This document shows positions 25,201 through 34,215 of a stretch of DNA of 64,000 bases, one piece after another. Position 1 is the first letter of the stretch, and each line of letters starts with the position of its first letter. Origin of the DNA: Octopus vulgaris. Taxonomy: Eukaryota. The DNA is taken from NCBI GenBank assembly GCA_951406725.2, contig OX597823.1:34844001-34908000 (forward strand), read 5' to 3'. The notes beneath the pieces were generated by a model. The model saw only the letters and a program-made list of their open reading frames with translations, was not told the origin of the DNA and did no database searches. The translations under genes and the position numbers were made by a program.

Positions 25201-28200
25201 AACATAAAACAGGTATAATATTTGGGCTGGATCTAACTGGTTTAAGTGTTAAAGGATGAAATAATTTGTTTTGTTTTTCATTCATAATTTGTTTTGTCAT
25301 AAAGGTGTCAATGTATTTTGCTTTTTATCTTCAATATGTGTGTGTGTGTGTGTGTATATACACACACCACTTATGTCACTAAGGATGGCAGTGAATGTCT
25401 TTTGTTTAGCTATAAACAGTGACATTCTAAAGTCAGGACAGGTTGTAAACACACACACACACACACACACACAACAGGCTGCATACAATTTCTCTCGACT
25501 ATTTGCTCTAACAAGGAATTGCCAGCTCTGGGGTACAGTAAAAAAAAACATTCCTCAAGCTGTTGCATTGTGGAACTGAATCCAAAACCACTTAGTTGAG
25601 ATGCAAGCTTCAATACACACAGTCGTGCCTGTGCCTACATTTACATATCAACATGTTACACATATGTGTGTGTGAGTGTGCTAATATGAGTATGAATACA
25701 AACAAATGTATTGAAAAGATATTTCTATCACTTTCAGAATTGCTCGAGATCTCTCAGACTGGATGCTGTTACTTGAACAGCAAAAGAAAAAAAATACTTT
25801 AAAGAAACCTGCTTTCAAAAAGAACAGCCATAACCATGAAACAGTATTTCAGTTCAAGAAATTCACAAACAATGGTCACTTTGATGCCTGGCAAAAGCTC
25901 AGGTAAGTACTCCATTATCAACAAAGAACACACACAGGTTCATAAAGTGACTTGAATGATTATTGTATCCTTGGTTATGTCTATAACATTTGACAACTCC
26001 TGTCCTTGCTGTACGGAGCTGATTAAATTCTGTTTCCTTATCTATATTATCTTATTACTCAGTTTCTGTGATCTGTTAATTGATATCATGCTAAGAGGAT
26101 GAGACTAAAATTAACTACCCTTTAAATACCTTGTAAAAGGCATTTAATGCAATTTACCTCAGTTGTCCTGCTGATAACAGGTTCCACTCCTATTTTATAT
26201 TTGAGTAATTAACAGCTGCAAGTGCCTCTCATCATCATCATCGTTTAACGCCCATTTCCTATGCTGGCATGGGTTGGACGATTTGACTGAGGTCTGGAAA
26301 GCCAGCAGCTGCACCAGGCTCCAATCTGATCTGGCATGTTTCTACAGCTGGATGCCCTTCCTAACACTAACCACTCCTAGAGTGTAATGGGTGCTTTTTA
26401 CAAGCCACCAGCACAGGAGCCAGTCAGGCTGGCCTGGCATCGGTCATGTTCAATTAGTCATTTTTACGTACCACCAGCAAAGGAGCCAGTCAAGTGGACG
26501 GTCCTGGCATCGATCAGGCAGTCTTGGCATCGATCAGGCGGTCCTGGCATCGATCAGGCGGTCCTGGCATCGATCAGGCGGTCCTGGCATCAATCAGGTG
26601 GTCCTGGCATCGATCAAGCAGTCCTGGCATCGATCAAGCAGTCCTGGCATCGATCAGGCGGTCCTGGCATCAATTAGGCAGTCCTGATTTTATCAATAAT
26701 GTGCTCATGTCTAAATTACCTGGTAGAAAATGGACATAAAACAAAAGAGAATAAACCTGTTACTTCAACTGTTGTTCATTCTGATTGCTGTAATAAATCA
26801 TGTTCTTTATATAAATCAACAATCTTTTTATAAAAATCTCTAATTTTCTCCCTTCATCTCTTGATAATCATTATGTTTCTTATATTAGAGCTGACTACCA
26901 AAAATATGAACTGCTTCCTTTTGAAAATGGTCCCAGAAATAAGAAAGATTACCTTAAAAATATTCCTCGAAGAAATGATACTTTCTATGTATTATCTTTA
27001 AGCATGGTAAGTTACTATGATTAGAGAGCTTTTGTTTTTTATTGAGTGTTTACAAATGCCATGGCATTAAAGATGTCTTGTATTATCTCTGTAGGATCAC
27101 TTTCTACTGCCTGCAACTGCGCACAATAAAACTATGCGACCTCGAATGTCCATGATGATGCCTGCATTAGCCCTCAATGGTGAGAATTTCAGTTGTTATT
27201 TATAGATGTTTAATTTTCTTTATTGCAATATTGTACTTATAGATACTGTCTCCAATAATTAATATGGTATAAATATAGGAAGTTGGCATTAGGAAGGGCA
27301 TCCAGCTGTAGAAATCTTACCAAATCAAACTAGTACCTGGATTGGCTCTGACGAAGGTAGCATTAATTTTCTTAGGTCTTTCAATTTACCTCAATTGGTC
27401 AATAGACCCAACTGAGTAAACCTATCAGTAATGTCCCTATAACAACAACTGGAAACAGGTGTAAGCCAAATTTGCTTCAATAATGAAATTATATGTAATG
27501 ACCGTAATTTTTAACTTGTTTCTTATATATCACTCTGAGTAAAAACCAGTTTATCTGGAGCCCATCTACGGATTTACAATACAGAATGGTGATGACCCAT
27601 AACTTGGAACCCTACCAAAAGACTACTTGGAGTTCTTCACTAATCTAAACAATATTGTTAGTCTGATGTGCCAACAGAGAGCTTATGAAGAATTTTGCCC
27701 CAATTGATAATCCCTCACTATTTGTACTATATATATATATATAATAATGCGGCGAGCTGACAGAAACGTTAGCATGTCAGGCGAAATGCGTAGCCATATT
27801 TCATCTGCCATTACGTTCTGGGTTCAAATTCCACCAAGGTCGACTTTGCCTTTCATCCTTTTGGGGTCGATAAATTTAGTACCAGTTACGCACTGGGGTC
27901 AATGTAGTCGACTTAATCTGTTTGTCCGTCCGCATTTGTCCACTCTGTGTTTAGCCCCTTGTGGATATATATATATATATGCACACACACACTCACACAG
28001 GTGAGAACATAAGTGCAAAACAAGGTGGATAAAAATAGTACTCAAATACCAAAGGTAGAGTAATATGCTTTTATTAAAACTGCAAATTTATCACAAAACT
28101 GTTACTCAGAGTTTCATGTTCCCATTCATCGGACAGTTGATCGCAACTTTCCAACAAACAGGAACATGAAACTGTAAGTAACAGTTTAGTGATAATTTCA

Positions 28201-29308
28201 CAGCTTTGATAAAAGTATGCACACACACACACATATATATACTAGAGTAAGCACATAAATGTGAAACAAGGTGGAAAAAATAGTACTTGAATACCAGAGG
28301 TAGAGTAATATACTTTATTAAAAAGCAGCAAAAATATCACAAAACCTGTTACTTAGAGCTTCTTTGTGATATTTTTGCTGCTTTTTTAATAAAGTATATA
28401 TATATATATATGTATGTAGGTAGGTAGGTAGATAGATAGATAATCCATATTCATTTAAGAGAAGAAATTGGATGAATATGGATTATATGCTTAATATATA
28501 TCTATTGATTTAGGGAAATTTATTACCCAAAGATATAAGGTAGTGAACTAGTGTATTCTTGGATGTAATCATCCCTTTAAGAGGTTAATATATCTTCTCT
28601 AATTAACATATATATATAAAGATATGTTATGGTGAAAGTGTGGATAATTTTTGACTTCCCCTCATATATATCATCATTAATTCCATTTAACATCCAGCTT
28701 CAGTGCTGGCATGAGTTGGACACTGGTGTGACATATATCAAAAGATGTTGACTACTAAATGACAAAGGCAGTATTAAAAATATAGAAAAACAAAATTGTA
28801 AGTCTAAAAAATCTTAAAATTGTATATAGGCTGAAGAGGCTCCTGTATCACTTTGTATATTTATGGGTTTGTGCATGTTTATATATTTGCGGATGTGTGT
28901 ATGTTACAGTATATAAATTAACAGGAGGAAAAGGAGCTGGGAAAAATGGAGGACTAAAGCCAGTGAAAGAATCAAGATGGGAGATGGGTTAGGTACGCAT
29001 GTGCATCTACACACCCACTCTCCCCCGCCATTAGGTTTAACACACAATCTCTCTCTCTCTCTCTCATATATGTATATATAAAATGAAGTATAAGGAAAGG
29101 AAAAATATTCTAAGTGTAGCTGAACTTTAATTCAATTCTTTCCTTATAATTCATTTACTGTTTTTGTAAATACTGAACATCTATTTTTATATATATTCTT
29201 TACTTGGACTGTATTGGCAGACTTGGAGGTTTGACATCCCTTTGAAGGATTTTGGTTCTCACCTCTTATATATATATATGTATGTATGTATGTGTGTGTG
29301 TGTGTGTG

Positions 29309-29350
<42 letters not shown>

Positions 29351-29391
29351 CACACACACACACACACATATATATACACACACACACACAC

Positions 29392-29444
<53 letters not shown>

Positions 29445-29731
29445 CACACACACGCACATTGTCATTGTCATCACAATTCTTGTTTCTAAATTTGTAGGGA
29501 TTCTGTCTCTGATTTCGATTTGAAGCCTTTTTTTCTATTTTTCTCAATTTTCTAGATTCTGTGCACCGTCCTGACGGAAGTATTGGGCTGATTCAAATTG
29601 ACTGTGAAGTTGTTAGCACCCAACTTATACATGTTCATGATAAGTATGAGACAAGAAACCAATTACAACCAAATGGCTCTCATTCTGTTCACACAAACAG
29701 CAAACCAACAAAGCACAAGAGAAAAGTATAA
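4210..29731 (+). CDS. ATF6: ATF6 (ER-membrane-bound bZIP transcription factor), complete 14-exon CDS, 651 aa
   Basis: Exons 4210-4279, 9500-9567, 11529-11622, 12537-12676, 15751-16063, 17927-18105, 19524-19601, 22249-22356, 23194-23291, 24413-24676, 25738-25902, 26889-27006, 27095-27179, 29556-29731. All introns GT-AG and phase-compatible, total 1956 nt. Basic region [22 protein letters not shown], leucine zipper, TM segment, S1P site RHLL, luminal blocks [29 protein letters not shown] and QIDCEV are diagnostic of ATF6. Confidence 0.95.
5342..5643 (+). mobile_element. tRNA-derived SINE
   Basis: A box TGCCTTAGTGG, B box GTTCGAATCC, core gtgttcttgagcaaggcactt. Confidence 0.8.
5680..6340 (-). 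mobile_element. Two tandem copies of a second tRNA-derived SINE family
   Basis: Shared gggactgaac/ccatgtggttgggaagc and gggcttctttcagtt blocks; the family recurs at ~21490-21835 (+) and ~30241-30615 (+). Confidence 0.7.
6480..6870 (+). mobile_element. Decayed RTE-like LINE C-terminal fragment
   Basis: WYRHVLCLP…RPHTRWLD resembles the RTE WxGHVxR…GRPxxRW motif. Confidence 0.6.
7324..7795 (-). mobile_element. SINE or RTE 3'-tail repeat ending in (GAT)n
   Basis: catcgtcgtttaacgtcc…ttccatgc…ggttggacgg…ggatgcccttcctaac; further copies near 9947, 10360, 15076, 16660, 18183, 26231, 31401, 51966. Confidence 0.8.
8430..8570 (+). mobile_element. Helentron/DINE-1-like non-autonomous 3' end
   Basis: tgctaaatttggttaaatccattcagcc core, acagac, and terminal stem-loop TACCCTGC…GCAGGGTA. 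Confidence 0.4.
8690..8887 (-). mobile_element. Helitron Rep/Hel C-terminal (PIF1 helicase motifs V-VI) fragment
   Basis: [27 protein letters not shown]…[10 protein letters not shown]. Confidence 0.85.
9500..9567 (+). CDS. ATF6: ATF6 exon 2 ([23 protein letters not shown])
   Basis: Acceptor ttttcag, donor GAG|gtgagt, open in phase. Confidence 0.75.
9696..9893. mobile_element. piggyBac-type MITE
   Basis: TTAA|CCC…GG|TTAA ends; body similar to 14058-14262. Confidence 0.55.
11529..11622 (+). CDS. ATF6: ATF6 exon 3 (ISINSSP...SDSSDSGVH)
   Basis: Acceptor tttggcag, donor G|gtaagt, open in phase. Confidence 0.8.
12537..12676 (+). CDS. ATF6: ATF6 exon 4 (LKPEPLSP...IKQEPLSP...DSGIESYKP)
   Basis: KxEPLSP motifs resembling the ATF6 N-terminus; donor CCC|gtaagt. 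Confidence 0.85.
12935..13119 (-). mobile_element. tRNA-derived SINE, third family
   Basis: Reverse complement of ggtgagctggcagaaa…ctgagttcaaattccgc; other copies at 15397-15612, 16118-16290, 27748-27963. Confidence 0.75.
14058..14262. mobile_element. piggyBac-type MITE with TTAA target duplication
   Basis: TTAA|CTCTTTCG…CAAAAGGG|TTAA. Confidence 0.65.
15397..15612 (+). mobile_element. tRNA-derived SINE
   Basis: ggcagcaagctggcagaaatgttagc…gagttcaaattccgccaagg. Confidence 0.75.
15751..16063 (+). CDS. ATF6: ATF6 exon 5 (S/T/N/Q-rich)
   Basis: Long pyrimidine tract plus cag acceptor; lies in ORF 15709..16119; donor A|gtaagt. Confidence 0.85.
17348..17707. mobile_element. Inverted pair of Penelope-like terminal repeats (~120-bp arms) around a tRNA-like SINE head
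   Basis: 17362-17474 is the reverse complement of 17577-17690; gatgaaggctg…cagccgaaac hammerhead-like core; A/B-box head at 17477-17550. Confidence 0.65.
17927..18105 (+). CDS. ATF6: ATF6 exon 6 ([10 protein letters not shown]...HSNLNNS)
   Basis: Acceptor aacag, donor AGT|gtaagt, phase 1 to phase 0, open. Confidence 0.8.
19524..19601 (+). CDS. ATF6: ATF6 exon 7, bZIP basic region
   Basis: [26 protein letters not shown]; GT-AG boundaries. Confidence 0.97.
19807..21168 (-). mobile_element. RTE-clade LINE 3' portion with 3' UTR and (GAT)n tail
   Basis: Homologous to 33780-34220 and 41806-42415; ends in the catcatcat tail. Confidence 0.85.
22249..22356 (+). CDS. ATF6: ATF6 exon 8, leucine zipper
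   Basis: [36 protein letters not shown] heptads. Confidence 0.96.
23194..23291 (+). CDS. ATF6: ATF6 exon 9, end of zipper and transmembrane segment
   Basis: [33 protein letters not shown]; donor AG|gtaaga. Confidence 0.92.
24413..24676 (+). CDS. ATF6: ATF6 exon 10, luminal with S1P site
   Basis: GRHLLSF (RxxL at 24480-24491) and [12 protein letters not shown], similar to human CQPLINTTESLR. Confidence 0.95.
25738..25902 (+). CDS. ATF6: ATF6 exon 11 (IARDLSDWM...)
   Basis: Phase 2/2, similar to human LNHELRGWV; donor AG|gtaagt. Confidence 0.92.
26501..26686. repeat. 20-bp minisatellite GTCCTGGCATCGATCAGGCR, ~9.3 copies
   Basis: Units start at 26501, 26521, … 26681 with no spacers. Confidence 0.97.
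26889..27006 (+). CDS. ATF6: ATF6 exon 12 (…[15 protein letters not shown])
   Basis: Conserved luminal RRxDTFYV motif. Confidence 0.95.
27095..27179 (+). CDS. ATF6: ATF6 exon 13 ([28 protein letters not shown])
   Basis: Similar to human [24 protein letters not shown]; follows an 88-nt intron. Confidence 0.97.
27350..27520 (+). mobile_element. Decayed LINE AP-endonuclease fragment
   Basis: [16 protein letters not shown] resembles the CR1/L2 endonuclease LxQxVxxPTR motif. Confidence 0.35.
28000..28397. mobile_element. Penelope-like terminal-repeat cluster (direct and inverted copies) in TA/CA microsatellite
   Basis: aaacaaggtgga…tagtact…ggtagagtaatat occurs twice; internal inversions centred near 28140 and 28360. 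Confidence 0.6.
28097..28138 (-). ncRNA. Putative minimal type I hammerhead ribozyme, U4C core
   Basis: AACUGU-CCGAUGA-AUG(GGAA)CAU-GAA-ACUC(U)GAGU-A-ACAGUU; all three stems pair, GUA cleavage triplet. Confidence 0.7.
29267..29458. repeat. Compound (TA)n/(TG)n/(CA)n microsatellite
   Basis: Seen directly. Confidence 0.97.
29556..29731 (+). CDS. ATF6: ATF6 last coding exon (…[15 protein letters not shown]…KRKV*)
   Basis: QIDCxV motif; TAA at 29729-29731. Confidence 0.94.
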
Positions 29732-30689
29732 GAACAAATCATTTGGGACTCATATTTTTTTATTTATTCATATTTATTGTTTGGGGATATTTTCACCTTG
29801 CTATGAGTTAGCAGAGTAACGTGGGTGTTGACAGAAACTCTAGTTTAGCAAAAACTCTAGTTATACATTATACATTCAGACACGTATACTTCTTTATAAT
29901 ACACAATATACATTGTTTTCATATCATTATGGCGTGATTTGTTACAATATGGGGTTGAAACCTTGCGGGAGCAACTACGCAAGTGTATTGAGTGGGTATA
30001 GATACTTGAGGTACGCATTTGACAGACTCAGGAGGATGGTTTATTGAGTGGTGGTAAAATATATCTGAGAGGGAGTATAGTTCATTCATGACTGAAAGAG
30101 AGAGAAATATGACCTTTTCTTCAGTTGCTGTCTAGAATATGTGTGTATGTATACAATGTATAGAAGTTTACACACTTGTGTGTGTATACAAGTCATTTTG
30201 TATACGCATTGTTGTGTATATACGAGTGGCTCTGTATGTTGGTGCAGGCATAGCTGTGTTATTAAGAAGCTTGCTTTGCAACCATGGGGTTTCAGGGTTG
30301 GTCCCCCCCACTGTGTAACACCTTGGGCAAATTTCTTCTGTGACCCTAGGCTAATCATTGCCTTGTGAGTGAATTTGGTAGATAGAAACTGTGCGGAAGA
30401 CTGTCTTATGTATGTGTGTGTATCTCAGTGTTTGTACCCCACACCACTTGTTGGTTTGTTTACGTCCCTCGTAATTTAGCAGTTTAGCTAAAGGGACCAA
30501 TAAAATAAATACCAGGTTTAAAAAAATAAGCCTTACTGAGGTTGATTTGTTCAGCTAAGCCCTTCAAATCAGTGCCCCAGCTTGGCCACAGTACAGTGAC
30601 TGAAACAAGTAAAAGATGTACATATGTGTGTATGTTTGTGTGTGTATTTATACAAGTGAGTCTATATAAACAAGTGTGTATACAAGTGT

Positions 30690-31330
30690 TTTGTGAGAAT
30701 TCAACAGTTAACATGCTTCTAATTGAAGTATGAGGAATTTTTCTTCTCCATGTAGCAATGCATGTCGAATGATATATTCTTTCTGTATAAAAGGAGCCAG
30801 GTTCTCTCCAAGTACATGTAGGAAGATCTGTTCTATTGGCAACAACACATGTAGAAAAAATGGTGTTGAAGCAGCATGGTACATGTGGAATTGTCTGTTG
30901 TTTGAGTTGCAGCAGTTGATGTAGAATGGTTCTTTATGTTGGTGAAAGCATGAATAAGGAATGCCCTGTTTTGTATACATGAAATCAAGGCTGTGTCTTT
31001 GAAAAACAGTATTTGTAGAAAGAGCTGTCGCTAATTATGTATGCATGTTGATATATCACACGCTATTCACTTAGTGATAGAGAATGAATTCAGCCATTAA
31101 AATCATCTGACAAGAGGCCAAAATGGCTTCACTGCAATTCAAGAAGGAAAAAAGCTTGCAGGCGGTGTGATGCATTAAGATATCTTTTGCCCTCCTGATA
31201 GCTTTCTTGGAATTTTGACTGAAAATAAACACTTTCACCACTCTTGATATCTCTTGTTTAATTATCATTATCCCTTGCTATTAGCAATTTACTTTTAATG
31301 AACAATCTTCTTTTATTAATACCAGTGATA
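30690..31330 (-). mobile_element. Possible, highly decayed Penelope-like GIY-YIG/thumb remnant
   Basis: LILQLEAC*LLNSHK resembles the PLE endonuclease end; frames broken. Confidence 0.3.
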
Positions 31331-31400
31331 TTGATTCATAACAATAAACTAACTCATATATATCTAAACATTAAATTAACTGATAATATATTAGTAAGGA

Positions 31401-31718
31401 GTGCCGGTGGCACGTAAAAAACACCATCCGAGCGTGGCCGTTCGCCAGCCTTGTCTGGCACCTGTGTCCGTGGCACATAAAAAAAAACACCATCTGAGCG
31501 TGGCCGTTCGCCAGCCTCATCTGGCACCTGTGTCAGTGGCACATAAAAAGCACCCACTACACTCACGGAGTGGTTGGCGTTAGGAAGGGCATCTAGCTGT
31601 AGAAACACTGCCAGATCTGACTGGTCTGGTGCAGCCTTCGGGCTTTCCAGACCCCAGTTGAACCGTCCAACCCATGCTAGCATGGAAAGCGGACATTAAA
31701 CGATGATGATGATGATGA
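31401..31718 (+). mobile_element. (GAT)n-tailed SINE or RTE tail with ~60-bp internal tandem repeats
   Basis: gtggcac.taaaaaacaccatc.gagcgtggccgttcgccagcct twice; tail gatgatgatgatgatga. Confidence 0.85.
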
Positions 31719-32399
31719 GTAATTATTTCATTCTTTGTTTATTGAAAAATTAGTTATGCTATTAATGTTCAGAAATAATTATTATTTGTGAATTTTTCAA
31801 AAATGTCCGTCCTCTCTGTCCCACCCTGTACCACTTCACAGCCACTTTCACCTCATCAATGTCATCAAACTGTTGTCTCTATCAGACTAAACAGGTGGAA
31901 GTCTGGGGGTGCAAGATCTGGGTTACATGGTAGGCAGAGGACCACTGACCAGTCTATTTTGCATAAATAGAAAACAAAATGATGCAACACTCAATGTAAA
32001 AAGAAAAAGAAAAATATTTGATATGTGGTTATCCTTATTGATTATACCAGTCCTGCCTGGGTTCCCAATCTCTCCACACAAAAAATACAAAGAATTAAAA
32101 AAAAAATGCATCATATATAAATCATAAGTTTTAAATAGACCTTCTGGACCTGTAACCTGTCACTATGGCAAGCATCAACCCTTACAGTCCCTGCCACTAT
32201 ACAGAACATCACATCCAAATACTCAGATATATACATCACCTATGATGAAAACTATCAGTATCATAAAACACTCCCCCACTCATCCTTATCATAAAAAGGA
32301 TTGGACCATTTTGTTTTGATGGTACTGTGACTGGTTCCATTTACTTGAACTTGCTACAATCTCGTTCTATATTTAAGAGATGAGGAATTATTTACTTGA

Positions 32400-32870
32400 A
32401 AAAGTTGTTGAGCAGTTGGCCAGAGAGGAAAATGTCTCTAAACCTTTCGCCCACACACACATTCTTTCACCATAGTCACCAGTACAATGAAAACTACCTT
32501 GCCTTCCCGGTTAAAGGAAGGTAGCGGGGGCAATATTCATGATAGACTCGGCTGACTACCGAATTCATCCCACACGTGACAGCAGCCATTGGACATGAGC
32601 CCACAGGTCTGAAATGTTTGGACATTGCACGAGTGGGTGCAGAACAGTTTCGTCGCTCTGACCACATCTCAGGCAAGTCGGTCCAGTCTATCTCGAACCG
32701 TGCCTGTAGAGCTTACCTCGAACAGGCAATGCTTCTTAACAGCACTGCCAGGCCAGGGATTTCTGGTGATTGTCCATAGGTCCCGGCCCGAAAGTGGTCC
32801 TGAAGAGGCAGGTCAGGTATTTCTCGTCGACGCCCAGGGTCTCCCTAAGGACGTCGTTGCACCTCCCCTC
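32400..32870 (-). mobile_element. L1/Tx1-clade LINE C-terminal zinc-knuckle (zf-RVT) fragment
   Basis: Hand translation: QKSLAWQCC*EALPVRGKLYRHG…CLRCGQSDETVLHPLVQCPNISDLW (CxxC…H…C). Confidence 0.75.
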
Positions 32871-32871
32871 C

Positions 32872-34215
32872 ACTATCAGGCAGCAAGAAGGGAAGCTAGG
32901 AAGCAGGTATACTTAGCCAATGGTGAAGCAGAAAGGAAGAAGTTTGCCAATGTTCTGCAACATGAGGACCAGCAGCTTGAAGTGTTTTGGTTTGAAAGAC
33001 AATGTTCCAGGGAAAACTGTGTTTGCATGGATGATGGTTCATTTGCAGTTAGTGACTCTGCAAAGAAAGAGGTTTGGAGGTGCCACTATGAAAGGCTATT
33101 AAATGTAGAGAACTCATGGGAAAAGTAGAGTCTGCCTAATGCTGAGGCAATAGGGGGAGCAGCAATCTGAATAGACAAACCCATGAAGATCGGGAAAGTT
33201 CCCAGCACATCAGGAATAACCACTGAGATGTTTAAAATATCTAGTGGTGTGAGTTATGGTCTAGTCACCTGTATAGTTAATCAGGTGGTACACAAAGGAA
33301 TCATACCCAATGACTGGTGTAGCAGCATCATAGTCAACTGCTACAAAGGTAAAGGTGATGCTCTAGACAGGAATAATTACAGAGCTATCAAATTGTTGGA
33401 TCAGGTGATGAAAGTTGCCCAACTAATCAGGGAGAGAATTAGCCTAGATGAGATGCAGTTTGGTTTTGTGCAAGGGAGAAGCACCACTTATGCTATATTT
33501 CTGGTAAGGCCACTGCAGGAGAAGTACCTAGCAAAAGATAAATCTCTGTACTTGGCTTTTGTTGACATGGAGAAATCCTTTGCCAGGGTCCCCAGATCTC
33601 TTATCTGGTGGTCAATGTGGAAACTAGGGATAGACGATTGGTTGGAGAGAGCTGTACTGGCCATGTACAGAAATGCCGTCAGTAAGGTAAGGTAGTTATG
33701 AATTCAGAGTACAAGTAGGGGTTCACCAAGGATCAGTCTTCAGCCTCCTCTTGTTCATCACAGTCCTCCAGGTAATAACAAAGGAATTTAAGTTGGGCAG
33801 TCTCTGGGAGCTCCTCTATGCTGATGACTTATAGCTGAACCACTATCAGAACTAGAGAAGAATTTTTAGGTGTGGAAGCAAGGTCTGGAATCACACAGCA
33901 TTAGAATTAACCTAGCAAAAACCAAAGTCTTAATAAGTAGGAGAGTAGACAAATCAGAAACCCCTTCAGGCAGATGGCCCTGCTTGATCTATAGAAAAGG
34001 TGTAGGTAGAAATTGCATAAGATGTACCTGGTGCAAGCTATGGATACATAAGTGGTGCAGCAATATAAGAGGCGAGTCAACTGGAAAAACAGTTTTCACA
34101 TGTGGAAGGTGTACAGATACAATAAGCACTAAAAATGTACAGAAAATAGACTCCATCAAATGCCTGGTAGGTGAGCTAGAGGTAGTTGATAGCTTCTGCT
34201 ATCTAGGTGATGAAA
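32872..34215 (+). mobile_element. RTE-clade LINE RT region, inactivated
   Basis: NYRAIKLL, QFGFVQGRSTT, FVDMEKSFARVPR, GVHQGS, LLYADD, FCYLGD; stops and frameshifts. Confidence 0.92.

Noticed and set aside
26387-26739. CRISPR-like array or repeat-protein ORFs
   Set aside because: Contiguous 20-bp tandem units without spacers, no cas genes, eukaryotic intron.
29144-29547. YI/CV/HT-rich ORFs here and near 36000-37400, 51600-51960 and 58960-59270
   Set aside because: Dinucleotide microsatellite translations.
29711-29728. C-terminal KHKRKV as a dilysine ER-retrieval signal
   Set aside because: ATF6 is a type II membrane protein, so the C-terminus is luminal and inaccessible to COPI.
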